64,000 bases of DNA from Candidatus Kapaibacterium sp. GTDB taxonomy: Bacteria > Bacteroidota > Ignavibacteria > Kapaibacteriales > UBA2268. The stretch covers positions 960,001 through 1,024,000 of the forward strand of contig OY762428.1 in assembly GCA_963665665.1 (NCBI GenBank). The letters are read 5' to 3'. Positions 10,029 through 22,000 of the stretch are shown in pieces. The position numbers and the translations under genes are program-made. Positions within the stretch are counted from its first letter, which is position 1; every line of letters begins with the position of its first letter. The notes beneath the pieces were generated by a model. The model was not told where the DNA came from. It did not search any database and saw only the letters and a list, made by a program, of their open reading frames with translations.

Positions 10029-10835
10029 TTATTGTTCTATTTTTGTGTAATCAATTTCAGATCCTAAAACGCTGTGTGGTATAAGATAAACTGCCAGGAG
10101 GCCTATAGCAGCAATAATAGCCCACCATTTGTGAGCAGGGTTCTTCTTTATCCTCCATAAGGCAACAATCCAGAGAATAAATGCAGCAAGGGTTTTATTG
10201 TCTGTCAGGTCGTGTCCCCAGGGCCAGCCGGTCCAGAATTCCCCAAAAGCATATTTTTGAATTACAGGGCCAAGTATCATTCCCCCAAGGATCAATAAAA
10301 AAACGGTATATTTTGCCAGCTTAAGGGTATTTTCACCCTTAAATATTGCTTCCATACCTGTACGCATAGAAAACCACATTGCCGTAAACATAAATAATAC
10401 ATGCGGTATCAGAAAGTATAAAGGTACATAGCCTTTAAAACGAATGATAACTAATTCGTCAGAAAGCTTATAATCAGCCCCGTCTTTATTAAGAACGATA
10501 TCGTAAATCACTTTTCCTGCGGGTGGCTGATGTGGGATTTCAGTTTTAAGAATATTTCCTTTCCTTACCAAATCAATTGTGGTCCATTCATCGTGGCTTT
10601 TAAATCTCTTGTAAGTCATTTTCCCGTTGATAGTTTTATCAGCAGCCTCTATTTCAATTTCCTGGCCGCCATCTCCGCCATGAGAGCGTGGTAATTTGAA
10701 ATGGATATCAGAATTTTCAATTTTTATACATCCTTTTACAGGATAAGTCGGGCCTGTCATACGCTGGTAAATAGCAATAGACATCATTACTATCAGAGAT
10801 ATTATCCACAAGCTTATACTTTTACCCTTACTCAT
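10029..10835 (-). CDS. Conserved membrane protein of unknown function
   Basis: N-terminal TM, soluble domain, about 4 C-terminal TMs with WTGWPWGHDLTDNKT. Confidence 0.75.
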   Translation of the reverse strand: MSKGKSISLWIISLIVMMSIAIYQRMTGPTYPVKGCIKIENSDIHFKLPRSHGGDGGQEIEIEAADKTINGKMTYKRFKSHDEWTTIDLVRKGNILKTEIPHQPPAGKVIYDIVLNKDGADYKLSDELVIIRFKGYVPLYFLIPHVLFMFTAMWFSMRTGMEAIFKGENTLKLAKYTVFLLILGGMILGPVIQKYAFGEFWTGWPWGHDLTDNKTLAAFILWIVALWRIKKNPAHKWWAIIAAIGLLAVYLIPHSVLGSEIDYTKIEQ

Positions 10836-10960
10836 AACTAATCTTTAATTTAGTTTGCAATAATATTTATCACCATGAGGAAATAAACATGGTTTTATTT
10901 TATAATTTAATCATAATTCCGGGAAAGTAAAAAAAGGAATGATTTTATTTTTCAAATCAC

Positions 10961-10982
10961 CCGACAGCATAATGCCGTCGGA
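10961..10982 (-). terminator. Possible terminator hairpin after the IgGFc-domain gene
   Basis: ccgacagcat-aa-tgccgtcgg stem just past the stop; weak U tract. Confidence 0.35.
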
Positions 10983-10994
10983 TGAATTTACTAA

Positions 10995-13900
10995 CTACTT
11001 TGCAATTACAAGTTTTCGGACAGCAGAAAAAGGCCCGGATTTCATTTCAACCAGGTAAACTCCTGATCTTAATTCATCAATTGGCAGAGAGGCGGTATAT
11101 TTACCGGGCCTAAGATTCTGATCAATAATATTTGCTGCTAATTGTCCGTTAGAACAAAAAATATCTATTGTTGTTCGAGCTTCAAGCCCAACACTGTAAT
11201 TAATATCTGTTCCCATATTACCCACGGGGTTAGGGCTGATTTCCTCCAAAGAATAGTTTTCTGCTGAAAACAAAAGTTTCCTAATCTCATCGGCACAAAC
11301 AGGCTGCATAGCAATCCTGGCGCTTCTGGATTCAAATTCGGCACATAAAGTTCCAACAGGCACCACCGAATGAGTTATTAAAGCCACATTGTTCGTGTCG
11401 GTTGGAAGATAAGTTTCAAACTCAAAATCAATCAGATTACCACTACCATCAAGATAATTTCCGGCAATGCTTACAAGTGATAATGTGAAAGATCCTCCAT
11501 TTTCATTGATTTCGGGAGTACTCTCAAACATGAATAAACCATCAGCCATTTCTCCGGGAACAATAGATTCAGGAATTATCCTGATAAAAGAATTATCATA
11601 TTCCACCATGACATCAAGGCGATCGATACCGGCCCTGCTAAAATCTTCACCCGGATCAATATACACCGACATTTTAACTTTTTCGCCAATTTCTGCTTTC
11701 CTCGTGGCGGGAGTTATTGATGATAGTTTATCAATAATTATCCCTTTCCCTTTTATTTCCGACATTATTCTCGGTTTCAACGGTAAGGATGTTTCTGCAA
11801 CAAGATCAACAGACTTATCAACATCACCAACCGGTTCAAATATTAATTCAACTTCCTTTGACTCCCCGGAAGCTAAGCTGAAACCCGATGGTATCATATC
11901 GTCTGCAAAATAGAAATCCCTTTCAGGAGGATCTATTGATAATGAACGTACATCAACTTCAGAAGAACCGAAATTCTTGATCTTACAGATAATTGTATCT
12001 TTAAGGCCGAAACAAATTTCCGATGAATCAGCTAATATTTCAATACCGTTTACCAATCCCCTGCCCTGCCAGTTTGATACAATTTCGGACTCTGCATCTG
12101 ATAAAATTTTTAGCTGAGTGCTAACATCGTCGGAAACAACTGCTTTGAAAGACGCATTAACCTGAAGGGCGGTTCCGGGAGCTAACAAATTAAAATCAAA
12201 CAGGTTAGTATCGAGACGGAAGCCCTTGTTAAGGCTGAAATCCGGACTAAATGATATATCACCAATATTAATGTTTTCAAAATCAATTAATTTCAAAGTG
12301 TCACAAAACTCCCATTCATCCATACCAAGGTTTTTTATTATCAATTTTTTATTCGAAATACTGTAAACATCATCAATTACAGTTGCATCGAAAGTAATAT
12401 CATTTACCGTGATAATCGGAACTACGCCAATTCCTTCGATAATGGTTCTTGTTTTGCTGTTACCGTCGTTATAATATTCAATAACCAGCCGGTGATATCC
12501 CGCTTCAAGGGGTTTAAAAGAAACAGGCAAATAAAATTTATCGTTTACATTGATCGTACGGTTCACTAAAAGGGAACTATCTATTTTAAAAGCACTGCCT
12601 TTATCATTTTCAATAATCGAATAGCCGGACAATTTAACGGGGGCAGAACCTTTATTTTCCAGGATAATTCCTCCGCCTTCACCCGGAAAATCATAAGGCC
12701 CGGCAGGAAATAAATCCCTGTGTATCCTTTTTCTGCCAAAATTACAAGATGTTGCTACCAGCCCGGGCTTAAGCCCTTTTCCGTCAAGATATGCAATACT
12801 GTCTATTCTAACAGCATTGCTGAAAAATACTATTGAATCCCGATAAGTTACCTCGTTGTCAGGAGAAAATTGAACATTAAATGAAACGTCAGGAGCTCCG
12901 CTTTTAATAATAAAAGGCACAGAGGGAGAACAATTTCTAAGACCATTGGGCATAATTGCTGTAAATTCACTACTGAAAGGGCCTTCATAACCAGTAATCA
13001 GCAAATCGGCTTTACCGGCATTGCTGATAATTACTTCTCCGTTCTGATTATCTGATATCAGGATATCGCCATACTGGATATCGCTAACATATATTTCCGG
13101 CCCGCCAATTTCTGCCTTTACTTTCGATTTAGGATAGTAAATGCAGGTATCCCCCAATCCTATAGAATCAACAAAGACCCCGTCCTTATCAGACATGAAT
13201 GAAATTTCAATATTTTTAGTTCCCAGTGGGGGAAGAAGAAACGGAAGATCATCTGATTCAATGCTGAATCCCTGGTCATCTGTTTTGAATCCTATCCTGG
13301 TGATAATTGCCTCGGATGTTGAAGAAAGATTCCTTACGGTGATATTGCTTTTAACTTTCTGATTTGGAGAAACAAAACCAAAATCAATATAATCAGGTTC
13401 AATATCAAGTTTTACTGCTTTATATTCAATAGTAACAGTCGAATCATTCCCGGCCTGGTCGGTAAATCTCAGAGTTGCAACAGCATCTCGGCTTCGGTCG
13501 CCAACATTAAGTTTCCACCAGGTAGATCTTGTCCTGCCGGGTTCGAACTCTCCGTGGCTAAAATCAAAATTATCATTGTCGTCAAGGAAATTGAATATTG
13601 TAGCAAGGTTTGATCTGAAATTTTCATCCTCAGGCATATCTGTTACAAATCCCTCTACTGTTCCGTTACAATTCACGGTCCATGTTGGCACGGGTGCTTC
13701 AGTATCTGTTATCTCAATATTATTAACATTCGCGCTGGCAGGATAACCAAACGACCCATAGTTGGAAAATCCATAAACATATACAGCAAAAGGACTGTCG
13801 TTCTTTAATTTGTAAACACCCTTTTCGCTGATAGGCAGGATAAGAGAAGCATATTTATGGCCGCTAAGATCGAAAGCAAATTTATTAACATCTTCAACCT

Positions 13901-15194
13901 GCGGCTGATAGGCTACTTTACGCCAATAAAGAGGGCCATTTGTAACCTTAGCTATTTGCAGGCTGTCGGAAGGGTATCCGTCAAATCCGCATTGATAAAT
14001 AATAACGATATACTGGTCATAATATGATTCCTGAGATTTTATTTCCGGTAAGGCAAAAGTAAGCTCTTTTTGGAATTGCTCTTCAGGAACTAAAGCCATT
14101 TGGAACGGGTCGCTCTTGGGTTTGGGGTCATCATCCTCTTCTTCGCCGGTATTATAAACCGTTACTCCGATATCATTGTCGCTCCAGAAAACAGCATTAC
14201 CGGGCACTGAATCAGGTGTAACTCTGGCTTCGTAAAATCCCGGTTCTTCCAACGTGGCTAATTCAAAATGATCACGATATATGATAGTATTTGGCTCGCG
14301 CGTAAAAATTCTTACTATTGAACTATATTTCCTGCCCCTGACACTAATAGCCGGATAATTCTTACCCCAGGAATGAGCGGGAAATTCCATCTCGGCAATA
14401 TAATCGCAATAATCATTTCCAATAGGAATACTTGCACATTGATTCCCGGATATTACGGCCACAGGTTTTGTTGAAAATATAAGGCTCCCGGAAAGATCTT
14501 TATCCGGGCCGCCGGAAGAAAACAACCAGACATCACCGCTATTCAATACTTTGGTTAAAGTATCTCCTGCTATCAAGCCACCCGTACTACTGTTTGTGCT
14601 GTCCCCGTGAAGAACAAAACTTACCTCGCTGTTGTCATAAGGAGCCACTACACCGGAAAGGCTGGGAAGCCTCAGCCCCGGATGAGACCCGCTTCCATCG
14701 CCATAAGAAGAAACATAATACCTGTTTCCAAGGGCTGAAACCGGCAGAGCCAGGAAGCCCTCTGTTACATAACGGTAATTAACCATAACATAAACCAGAA
14801 TTGGCACCGAAGAATAAACATGAACAGCCTGTTTCATGGCAATGGCATTGCTTATTTCAGAAACATAACCATAACGTGTATAAATCTGTGCTTCCTCGGG
14901 AGTAAGAATAAATTCAGATACCTCGTAGGGTAGTGCATTTATTGTCGAAATTCTGTTCGGAAGCTCAAGTGTTACCTTTGCTGGTTGAGACGAAACAACA
15001 AAAACCTTTACAACATCTCTCAGGTCATAATCAAGCTGGAAAGCCGGAGGTACCGAAAACCAGTAATCCCTTCCTATATTGGTAATCCCCAGCATAGAAG
15101 GTAAATCTTCTTTTTGAATAATATCTTTCTCCTTGGCATTCATTACCAATGAAGAAATTATGACAATAAGAATAAGGTTTACAATTGTTTTCAT
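10995..15194 (-). CDS. Large secreted protein: IgGFc-binding N-terminal domain, multiple Ig-like (choice-of-anchor D) repeats, cohesin-like domain, T9SS CTD
   Basis: EGFLALPVSALG..Y, DLSGSLIFSTKPVAVISGNQC, WGKNY motifs; repeated IDFG...ITVRN units; CTD ISPNP...SGVYLVEM...KLVIAK. Confidence 0.8.
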   Translation of the reverse strand: MKTIVNLILIVIISSLVMNAKEKDIIQKEDLPSMLGITNIGRDYWFSVPPAFQLDYDLRDVVKVFVVSSQPAKVTLELPNRISTINALPYEVSEFILTPEEAQIYTRYGYVSEISNAIAMKQAVHVYSSVPILVYVMVNYRYVTEGFLALPVSALGNRYYVSSYGDGSGSHPGLRLPSLSGVVAPYDNSEVSFVLHGDSTNSSTGGLIAGDTLTKVLNSGDVWLFSSGGPDKDLSGSLIFSTKPVAVISGNQCASIPIGNDYCDYIAEMEFPAHSWGKNYPAISVRGRKYSSIVRIFTREPNTIIYRDHFELATLEEPGFYEARVTPDSVPGNAVFWSDNDIGVTVYNTGEEEDDDPKPKSDPFQMALVPEEQFQKELTFALPEIKSQESYYDQYIVIIYQCGFDGYPSDSLQIAKVTNGPLYWRKVAYQPQVEDVNKFAFDLSGHKYASLILPISEKGVYKLKNDSPFAVYVYGFSNYGSFGYPASANVNNIEITDTEAPVPTWTVNCNGTVEGFVTDMPEDENFRSNLATIFNFLDDNDNFDFSHGEFEPGRTRSTWWKLNVGDRSRDAVATLRFTDQAGNDSTVTIEYKAVKLDIEPDYIDFGFVSPNQKVKSNITVRNLSSTSEAIITRIGFKTDDQGFSIESDDLPFLLPPLGTKNIEISFMSDKDGVFVDSIGLGDTCIYYPKSKVKAEIGGPEIYVSDIQYGDILISDNQNGEVIISNAGKADLLITGYEGPFSSEFTAIMPNGLRNCSPSVPFIIKSGAPDVSFNVQFSPDNEVTYRDSIVFFSNAVRIDSIAYLDGKGLKPGLVATSCNFGRKRIHRDLFPAGPYDFPGEGGGIILENKGSAPVKLSGYSIIENDKGSAFKIDSSLLVNRTINVNDKFYLPVSFKPLEAGYHRLVIEYYNDGNSKTRTIIEGIGVVPIITVNDITFDATVIDDVYSISNKKLIIKNLGMDEWEFCDTLKLIDFENINIGDISFSPDFSLNKGFRLDTNLFDFNLLAPGTALQVNASFKAVVSDDVSTQLKILSDAESEIVSNWQGRGLVNGIEILADSSEICFGLKDTIICKIKNFGSSEVDVRSLSIDPPERDFYFADDMIPSGFSLASGESKEVELIFEPVGDVDKSVDLVAETSLPLKPRIMSEIKGKGIIIDKLSSITPATRKAEIGEKVKMSVYIDPGEDFSRAGIDRLDVMVEYDNSFIRIIPESIVPGEMADGLFMFESTPEINENGGSFTLSLVSIAGNYLDGSGNLIDFEFETYLPTDTNNVALITHSVVPVGTLCAEFESRSARIAMQPVCADEIRKLLFSAENYSLEEISPNPVGNMGTDINYSVGLEARTTIDIFCSNGQLAANIIDQNLRPGKYTASLPIDELRSGVYLVEMKSGPFSAVRKLVIAK

Positions 15195-15231
15195 ATCTTT
15201 ATTTAATTATTATTTCAATCTTACTAATATT

Positions 15232-15260
15232 AATGACACATGAATGGCAAAAAAGTCTCA
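15232..15260 (-). promoter_or_regulatory. Putative ECF sigma promoter TGAGAC-N15-GTGTCATT (copy 2)
   Basis: Same motif and spacing as 3975-4003; 37 bp upstream of the ATG at 15194. Confidence 0.7.
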
Positions 15261-15493
15261 GAAAAAATTAAAAAAAATATAATTTCCTGATAATATGTGC
15301 TAATTATTTTTGAAATTCAGTACAGAATACAAATTTGGTAAATCCTGCCTCAGGAATGAAAATGAACAAGTCGGTGGAATATTCGCAGGTTATCACCCCA
15401 AAGTAAACCTTGAAACGGTAACGCATAAAGCTTCAGGATGTTTGCATACCTCTCGATCAGGATCGTTCCCCTATCCAATTCCGAATTTTTTAA

Positions 15494-17392
15494 TTATTTT
15501 ATTCTGTCTATCCAGCTTTGAGTGAAACCATATTTTTTTGCTGCTGCTTTAGCCTTTTCTTTAGTATCAAATTTACCAAACCGCACACGATACCATACCT
15601 GATCCCGTATTTTCTGGCTGCTGATACGAGAGTCGCTGATATTCATATTCTTTATCCTGGCAAGCCATTCCAGGGCATCTTTCTTCGAAGGTGAAGAATA
15701 CACCTGCACGGTAAAAATACCAGTCGAAGCAGGTTTCTCCGGTAATGGCAAATCCTTGTCTTTATAAGTTGTTTTTCGCGGTTTCGTTTTTCTCTGAACT
15801 TTCTTTGTAGTCTGAGCAGGCTTTGGAGTATGTTTAACAGTTTTTTGCGCTGTCTCCGGTTTGGGTTTTTCCAGAGGAATCACTGATTCTTCTTTTTGCT
15901 CTTCCTCAGGCTGGGTGTGAGAGGAATCTTCCGCAACTTCCTGATGTTCAGGCTGTTCTTCAACAATAGGCTCTTCTTTCTTCTCTTCATGTTTGGGTTC
16001 AGCATGATGTTCGGGGCCAACGGCATGGCTATCAACCGGGTGAATATCTTCAACCAAAGTGGAATCACTGCCACCAATTATACCTGCCTTTTCCAATTCC
16101 GGTTTGAAAAGATAGAAATAAGATAATATAATAACCGACAGAATTGCAATACTTCCCGCAGAAACAACACCGATCTTCATCCAGGGCAAAGGTTTACGAT
16201 TCTTTCTCTTCTTTTTGCTATCCCCCTTCTTTACAGCAGGCTTATGAGCGGGCTGCGACATTTTAAAATCTTCTTTTTTCTCCTCATCAAAAGTTGAGGG
16301 ATGCTCAGCTTCAATATCACTTATATCAATTACTTCCGATTCTTTGTCATCAATAGGGGCAAATTCTTCTTCAGTTTCATCTTCCGGACTATCTTCAATA
16401 TCATCTGATTCAGTTTCTTTCTTTTCTTTCCTTTTCTTCGACCTTTCAAGTTCACCCTCTATCAGGTTCATCAGGTCATTATCAACTTCAGTATCATCTG
16501 AAATTTCATTTTCAGTGTCATCTGATTCAGTTTCAGTATCGTCAGAAAATGATACAGATTCATCCATAATTTCTTCTTCGGCTTCAGGTGCGGGGGCTTC
16601 ATCTTCAATTTCGGTTTCTTCTTCCTCAAAACCAACAAAATCATCCTCCTCTGCAATTTCCTCTGCAACGGCTGAATCTTCTTCTTCAACAACAGATTCA
16701 TCATCCAGATTCTGGCTGCCGTCTTCCTCTTCTTCAAATAAGTCCCAGACCGAACCGCCTTCCTTAGGAACATCAATCTGTCCAGCCATACTTACTTCAT
16801 CACCATCTATATCGGAGTCCGCAATCCCTTCAGCAGCCTCATCACTGTCGATTCCGGATTTTTCATATTCTCCTGTATCATCTGTTTCAACTCCCGATTT
16901 TTCAGGAGTTCCAAGATCATCGTCATCATCAAATAAATCTTTTTCTGCATCGCCAATAGGTTCATCTTCATCTGCAATAGCAGCATCATCCTGATCATTT
17001 TCATTATCGGCAGCACCCGTAAATTGAGCTGCAAGGGCAAGCAAGTCATCATCTCCGTCCATGCTTCGATTATCAGCAGCATCTGGCGAACCTTCATCGG
17101 ACTCTTTTTTGTTAGCCGTATTGCTGTCATCTTTATCAGCAAACATACTGATTATATCATCCGTATCAGCATCTTCAGCAATATCATCATCTAATTCAGT
17201 AATACCGTCCAATTCATTATCATCAAAAGAATCATTGCCGGCCGAATCTTCGCTAACGAAGCCCATATCAGGCTGGTCACCCGGATAGAAGCCGGTTTCT
17301 TCAACAAGAAAAGACTCATCATTTTCTTCCCCGGCATCAAAACCCGATAGTTTCTCTTCTTCTTTTAATTCTTCGTTGTCGAATGACGACAT
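15494..17392 (-). CDS. SPOR-domain membrane protein with long acidic N-terminus
   Basis: About 370 aa D/E-rich region, basic patch plus one TM, Pro/Lys linker, C-terminal SPOR (FTVQVYSS...WYRVRFGKF..KEKA). Confidence 0.85.
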   Translation of the reverse strand: MSSFDNEELKEEEKLSGFDAGEENDESFLVEETGFYPGDQPDMGFVSEDSAGNDSFDDNELDGITELDDDIAEDADTDDIISMFADKDDSNTANKKESDEGSPDAADNRSMDGDDDLLALAAQFTGAADNENDQDDAAIADEDEPIGDAEKDLFDDDDDLGTPEKSGVETDDTGEYEKSGIDSDEAAEGIADSDIDGDEVSMAGQIDVPKEGGSVWDLFEEEEDGSQNLDDESVVEEEDSAVAEEIAEEDDFVGFEEEETEIEDEAPAPEAEEEIMDESVSFSDDTETESDDTENEISDDTEVDNDLMNLIEGELERSKKRKEKKETESDDIEDSPEDETEEEFAPIDDKESEVIDISDIEAEHPSTFDEEKKEDFKMSQPAHKPAVKKGDSKKKRKNRKPLPWMKIGVVSAGSIAILSVIILSYFYLFKPELEKAGIIGGSDSTLVEDIHPVDSHAVGPEHHAEPKHEEKKEEPIVEEQPEHQEVAEDSSHTQPEEEQKEESVIPLEKPKPETAQKTVKHTPKPAQTTKKVQRKTKPRKTTYKDKDLPLPEKPASTGIFTVQVYSSPSKKDALEWLARIKNMNISDSRISSQKIRDQVWYRVRFGKFDTKEKAKAAAKKYGFTQSWIDRIK

Positions 17393-17411
17393 GATTTTTC
17401 CTTTTACTGAT

Positions 17412-19043
17412 TTAGAACTTCAACACGGCGCCTGCTTTGGCAAACAAATTCCGGCCCTTGTAATTCTGCCAGATAAATTTATCGGAATTCAGCAAGTTCT
17501 CCAGGCTTAAAAATACACAGAAATTGCCGCTTACCCAATAATCAGAGTAAATTCCAATATCCGGAACAGCATCCAGCTCTACCTTATTATCAATATCGGC
17601 ATATCTGCTGCCAAAATAAAGTATTTCAATTTCCGTGCCAAAGTCAGAAGTCCATAAGTGCCTGTATTTCAAGTATATATCCAATGCTGGCATATATGGC
17701 AACTGATTATTATTATCCATATTTGTAATATTGAAACTTAATCCGCCGGATAATTTGTTCTTATCGTCCACTTGCCAAAAACCACTGCCGGATATTTTTA
17801 AAATATCAGCATCAGGATAAATCAGACTAAAGGTTCCGGTATCGGCTAAAGCAAAAACCGGCTGACGCTCGGACATCTTGTAGGTAAGCCCGGTATAAAA
17901 CCCCTTCTTATCATCGGGATGATAATTATAAAAAAGGCTGATATCTGCCAGGTTATATGCAAAATCGATAATTGCCGAATCAGAAATATAGGGATTCCGC
18001 CTGTACATTTCGGAAAAGCTGTTTATATCAGTTCCCGATGAAATATTGCCATCAATTGTAGATCTTTCATTAAGCTTAATTTCGATATCGGCATCAAGCA
18101 ACAATCCGCTTCTGTTTATATCAATTGAATTGCTTGCTGTACGGAAACCGGCCTGAAGGCTTATCATAAAGTTATCGTTCCTATATGCCCCAAAAGCACT
18201 TCCTTCAAGAAAATTCATTCCTGTTCCGTTATATGAACGCAGATCGATATTAATTTTCCCACCCATGGAGAATTTATTAACCATATTTCTTATCGAAAGG
18301 TAACCGTTCAGCCCGTTATCAGAAGCATCTGCACTCTTGCCGCTAAGCGACAGTGATTCAAAAAAAGCACCTGTACTGAACTGATAGCCTTCATATTCAC
18401 CCTCTGAATCAACACCTGCTTTGATATCCATTGCATTTCTGTCCGGAGCATTTTCCAGTGCATAAAGATTGTAAGCATCATTTTTCAGATTTAAAAATAT
18501 GCGGGTTTTACTTCCTCCGAATATCCAGTATTTATCCGGAGCTATATAATCTGATTTAGCATTCAGGAATATCTTATTATAATCGGCATTATCAATATGC
18601 CCCTTGCTTATCTCAAGCCCTCCGTTCATAAAGAATTTATATCCATTCAAATCAAAACCATAGCCGCCTTCAAATTCAGGTGTGGAAAAGCGTCCGAATG
18701 ATCCTTTCAGATATCCTGCCTTTACAGGTTTTTCTTCCAGCCCGTCTGGTAGTGGCTCTGGCGGCAGAAGCAGTGACTGGAGTTTTTCCAGTGAATTCAG
18801 CGAATCAAGATCCCGGCCTGACATAGACTGAGGCTTATCAGGAAACTGCTTTATACCCGAACGGATGTCGATATTGGCTTTGCCAACAATTATCATCTCA
18901 GGCATCGGAAGCGGCTCGCTATTGGATTCTCTTTCCTGGGCAAAAGCCTGTCCAATTGCAATAATCGCTGTTATCAATATTACAGGAAAATATCTCATTC
19001 TGTTTTCGAGTATTATTTTTTCTTTTATTTTCATAATAATCAT
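17412..19043 (-). CDS. Outer-membrane beta-barrel protein (TonB-dependent-receptor-like C-terminus)
   Basis: Signal peptide (likely start 18998 MRYFP); C-term ENLLN..YKGRNLFAKAGAVLKF; amphipathic strands. Confidence 0.7.
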   Translation of the reverse strand: MIIMKIKEKIILENRMRYFPVILITAIIAIGQAFAQERESNSEPLPMPEMIIVGKANIDIRSGIKQFPDKPQSMSGRDLDSLNSLEKLQSLLLPPEPLPDGLEEKPVKAGYLKGSFGRFSTPEFEGGYGFDLNGYKFFMNGGLEISKGHIDNADYNKIFLNAKSDYIAPDKYWIFGGSKTRIFLNLKNDAYNLYALENAPDRNAMDIKAGVDSEGEYEGYQFSTGAFFESLSLSGKSADASDNGLNGYLSIRNMVNKFSMGGKINIDLRSYNGTGMNFLEGSAFGAYRNDNFMISLQAGFRTASNSIDINRSGLLLDADIEIKLNERSTIDGNISSGTDINSFSEMYRRNPYISDSAIIDFAYNLADISLFYNYHPDDKKGFYTGLTYKMSERQPVFALADTGTFSLIYPDADILKISGSGFWQVDDKNKLSGGLSFNITNMDNNNQLPYMPALDIYLKYRHLWTSDFGTEIEILYFGSRYADIDNKVELDAVPDIGIYSDYWVSGNFCVFLSLENLLNSDKFIWQNYKGRNLFAKAGAVLKF

Positions 19044-19053
19044 TTACAATCAA

Positions 19054-22000
19054 TTATAATTTCTTTTTCAATCGTTTAATTCTTCTATTGGCTGTTTTGC
19101 CAAAATCACTTTCCGGGTCAAGGGCTTCAAGGCTCTGATAAGTTTCAATAGCAGTATTGTAGTCCTCAATTTTTTCATAGCATTCGCCAAGATTCATCAG
19201 CGACAGGGAATACCACTCTGTAAATTCCTGGAAGTTATCACAATATTTTCTGAAAGCGAAAATTGCTTTGTCGTACTCTTCCTCTCGGAAATGAAGTTCT
19301 CCAATCCTGTATTGTGCCTCGGCAGCAATTTCAAGATTATATTTATTATCAGCCAGGATTTCAAATTCCATGCGAGCGGAATCATTCATTCTTTTCGACC
19401 TTAGATACATGGCAATTTTCCACCTGCTCTGCAACCCGTGGTCAAGATTTGGATAAGTATCGGCAATTGTTCGGTATATATTCATTGCCGCAACGGTATC
19501 GCCAATGGAGTATTTGATAACAGCTCTTTCAAATCCAGCCTGTGCTGCATTCTGATCTTTCGGGTATTCCCTTTGCAATATTGTAAAAATTGAATCTGCA
19601 CGATCAATTTCACCTATACTTTTTCGCATCAATGCAAGCTCAAGCATACCGGCAGGCACATATTCGCTATCGGGAAATTTTCTTTTCAGACTATTGAATA
19701 CTTCAGCCGCCTTATCATTTTCATTCATAGAAATATAACTTTTCTCCATCCAGTAAAGAGCTTCGGCAGTTTTTTCTCCTGAAGGATATTTCCTGACAAA
19801 TTCATCAAATTCCTTGATTGCATCAGTATATTTTCTGCCGGAATAAAACATATTTCCCTTTTTGAATTTGAATTCTTCAGCAAAAGGAGAATCCGGATTG
19901 ATAGCAATATAATTTTCAGCAATGGCAATTGCCTGCTCCGTCATATCCAGTAGCTCATAAGCCTGCTGTATATTTTTCAAAGCCTCGGGGGCCAGCGGAT
20001 TGGATGGGTAGGAATCAATTATTATTTTGTAAAATTCGATAGCCTTCTCATAATTTTCCATATTATAATAAGAATCGGCAATTGAATAATAGGCTTTTGC
20101 TACCAGTTCACTCTGTGGATATGCCTGGATGAGGTAGTTGAAATCTGCTATTGCTTCGTTATATTTACCCTGCTGAAAACGAATCCAGCCTATCAGGTAA
20201 AGAGAATATGGTGCAAATTGGGAAGAAGGGTAAACCCTTACGAAGTCTATCAAAGAACTGATCGATTTCTCGTATGCGCCCTTTCGATAATAAACAAACC
20301 CAAGCTGATAGGCAGCATATTGCCCCTCGTTAGTATTCGGTGCCATCCTTTTTGCCTGCTCGTAAGCTGCCGCAGCCCTGCTGTAACTCCTGACATAAAA
20401 GTAACCATCCCCCTGCCGGGCAAGAACTTCTATTTTAAATTTTGTTTCCGGAAAATCTTTAATAAGCTGGTCAAAAGCCTTAGAGGATTTTGAAAATTCC
20501 TGAAGACGGAACCGGCTCCAGCCAAGGCCGTACAAGGATTCTTCCTTCCTCGGGCTGGCAGGATATTTCTTAAGTAAATTGGCATAGGTAAGCGCTGCAT
20601 TTTTTAGCATCTCGCTGCGGAAATATGCCTCTGCAAGCCAGAACATTGCCTCATCTTCCTTTGATTTATGGCCTTTTTCTCCAATATATGACAAAAGAAC
20701 CGGTATAGCCTCGCCACTTCTGTGATTTTTCACCAGTGCAATACCTCTTTTCAGCCTTGCCTCGGCAATATACCAGTCTCTTTGCGGCATTAGAATCTTA
20801 CTGCTTTTAAGTGCTATCTGTTCAGCATTATAATACTGTGTTTCTGCTTTGGACCAACGGCCAATTTCCATGTAACTTGCACCAAGAAGTAAATTTATCC
20901 TGACCATTGCCATTGCATCAAGCGCCTCCCTGTTAGCTCTTTCAAGTGTTCTTCTTGCCTGCTCGTAATCTCCTTCCTCGTAATATATCTGGCCAAGTTC
21001 AAGCAATACAAGCCCGAGATAGAGATAGTTCGGCTGAACAGAAAGTGCAGACAATTCATTTCGTGCGGTATTTTTTTCGCCGGTACGGGACAAAGCTATT
21101 GTTCTGTATAATTTTGAAATATCTCTTATTCGTGACAGGTCATCATCCTTCAGGTCATATATAATTTCATCATAATAGTTCAAAGCCTGCCCGTATTGGC
21201 CCTGGTTCATGTGTGCCCATCCAAGTCCAAGGCGAACGTAATTTTTCAATGGTGATTCGTAGAAGGTATTCAGGAATACTTCAAAGTTGCTTATTGCCAG
21301 CTTAAAATTAGCAGAAAGGTTATAAGCCTCACCCTTAAGATACTGGATATCCTCGAAAGGATGCGAAATATAGGTTTGTTTTTCGTAGAGAAGGCCTGTT
21401 GAATCCTTATCCGCAATATGTCGGTAGGCTATTTCAGCTTCCTTCAACAACACGAGTGCATGGTTCGGATCCCTGAGCGACAGACGGTTATTAGCTTCCC
21501 TGATAAGTGAAGCAATAAAAGAATTTGATTTTTTATAATTCCTTGATATTGTTGAGAAATGCTCTATGGCATTTTCATATTTCCTGTTTATCTCGGCGCT
21601 TTGCCCGAGAGCAAAAATCGCATCATCAGAATATTGGCCGCCGGGATAAACCTGGCTGCAATTGTCAAAAACCGGAACGGCATCCTGATATTTCCCCTGC
21701 TGAACCATTGATATTCCCTGCCAGTACCTGGCGGCATGCATCATTGTTCTGTAATTGGTATCATTCCTTTTTTTAAACTCTTCGCTGTTAACAAGAAAAG
21801 CTGATGCAAAATTAATTTCAGAATTCTTATAATCTTTTGCCTGAAGAGAGATATAACCTTTCAAAAGTGCAGCGTAGCCCCTCAGTGGAGAATTAGTCCT
21901 TTGTTTAATAAAATTTGCCAGATTTGCCTGTGCAATTTTATTATTGCCCTGCTTTTTATCAATAAGAGCCTGGAGTATGATCGATCTGTCAGAATTAAGT

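Noticed and set aside
16344-16994. 216-aa Ser-rich ORF on the plus strand
   Set aside because: Antisense shadow of the GAA/GAT-rich acidic region of the SPOR gene
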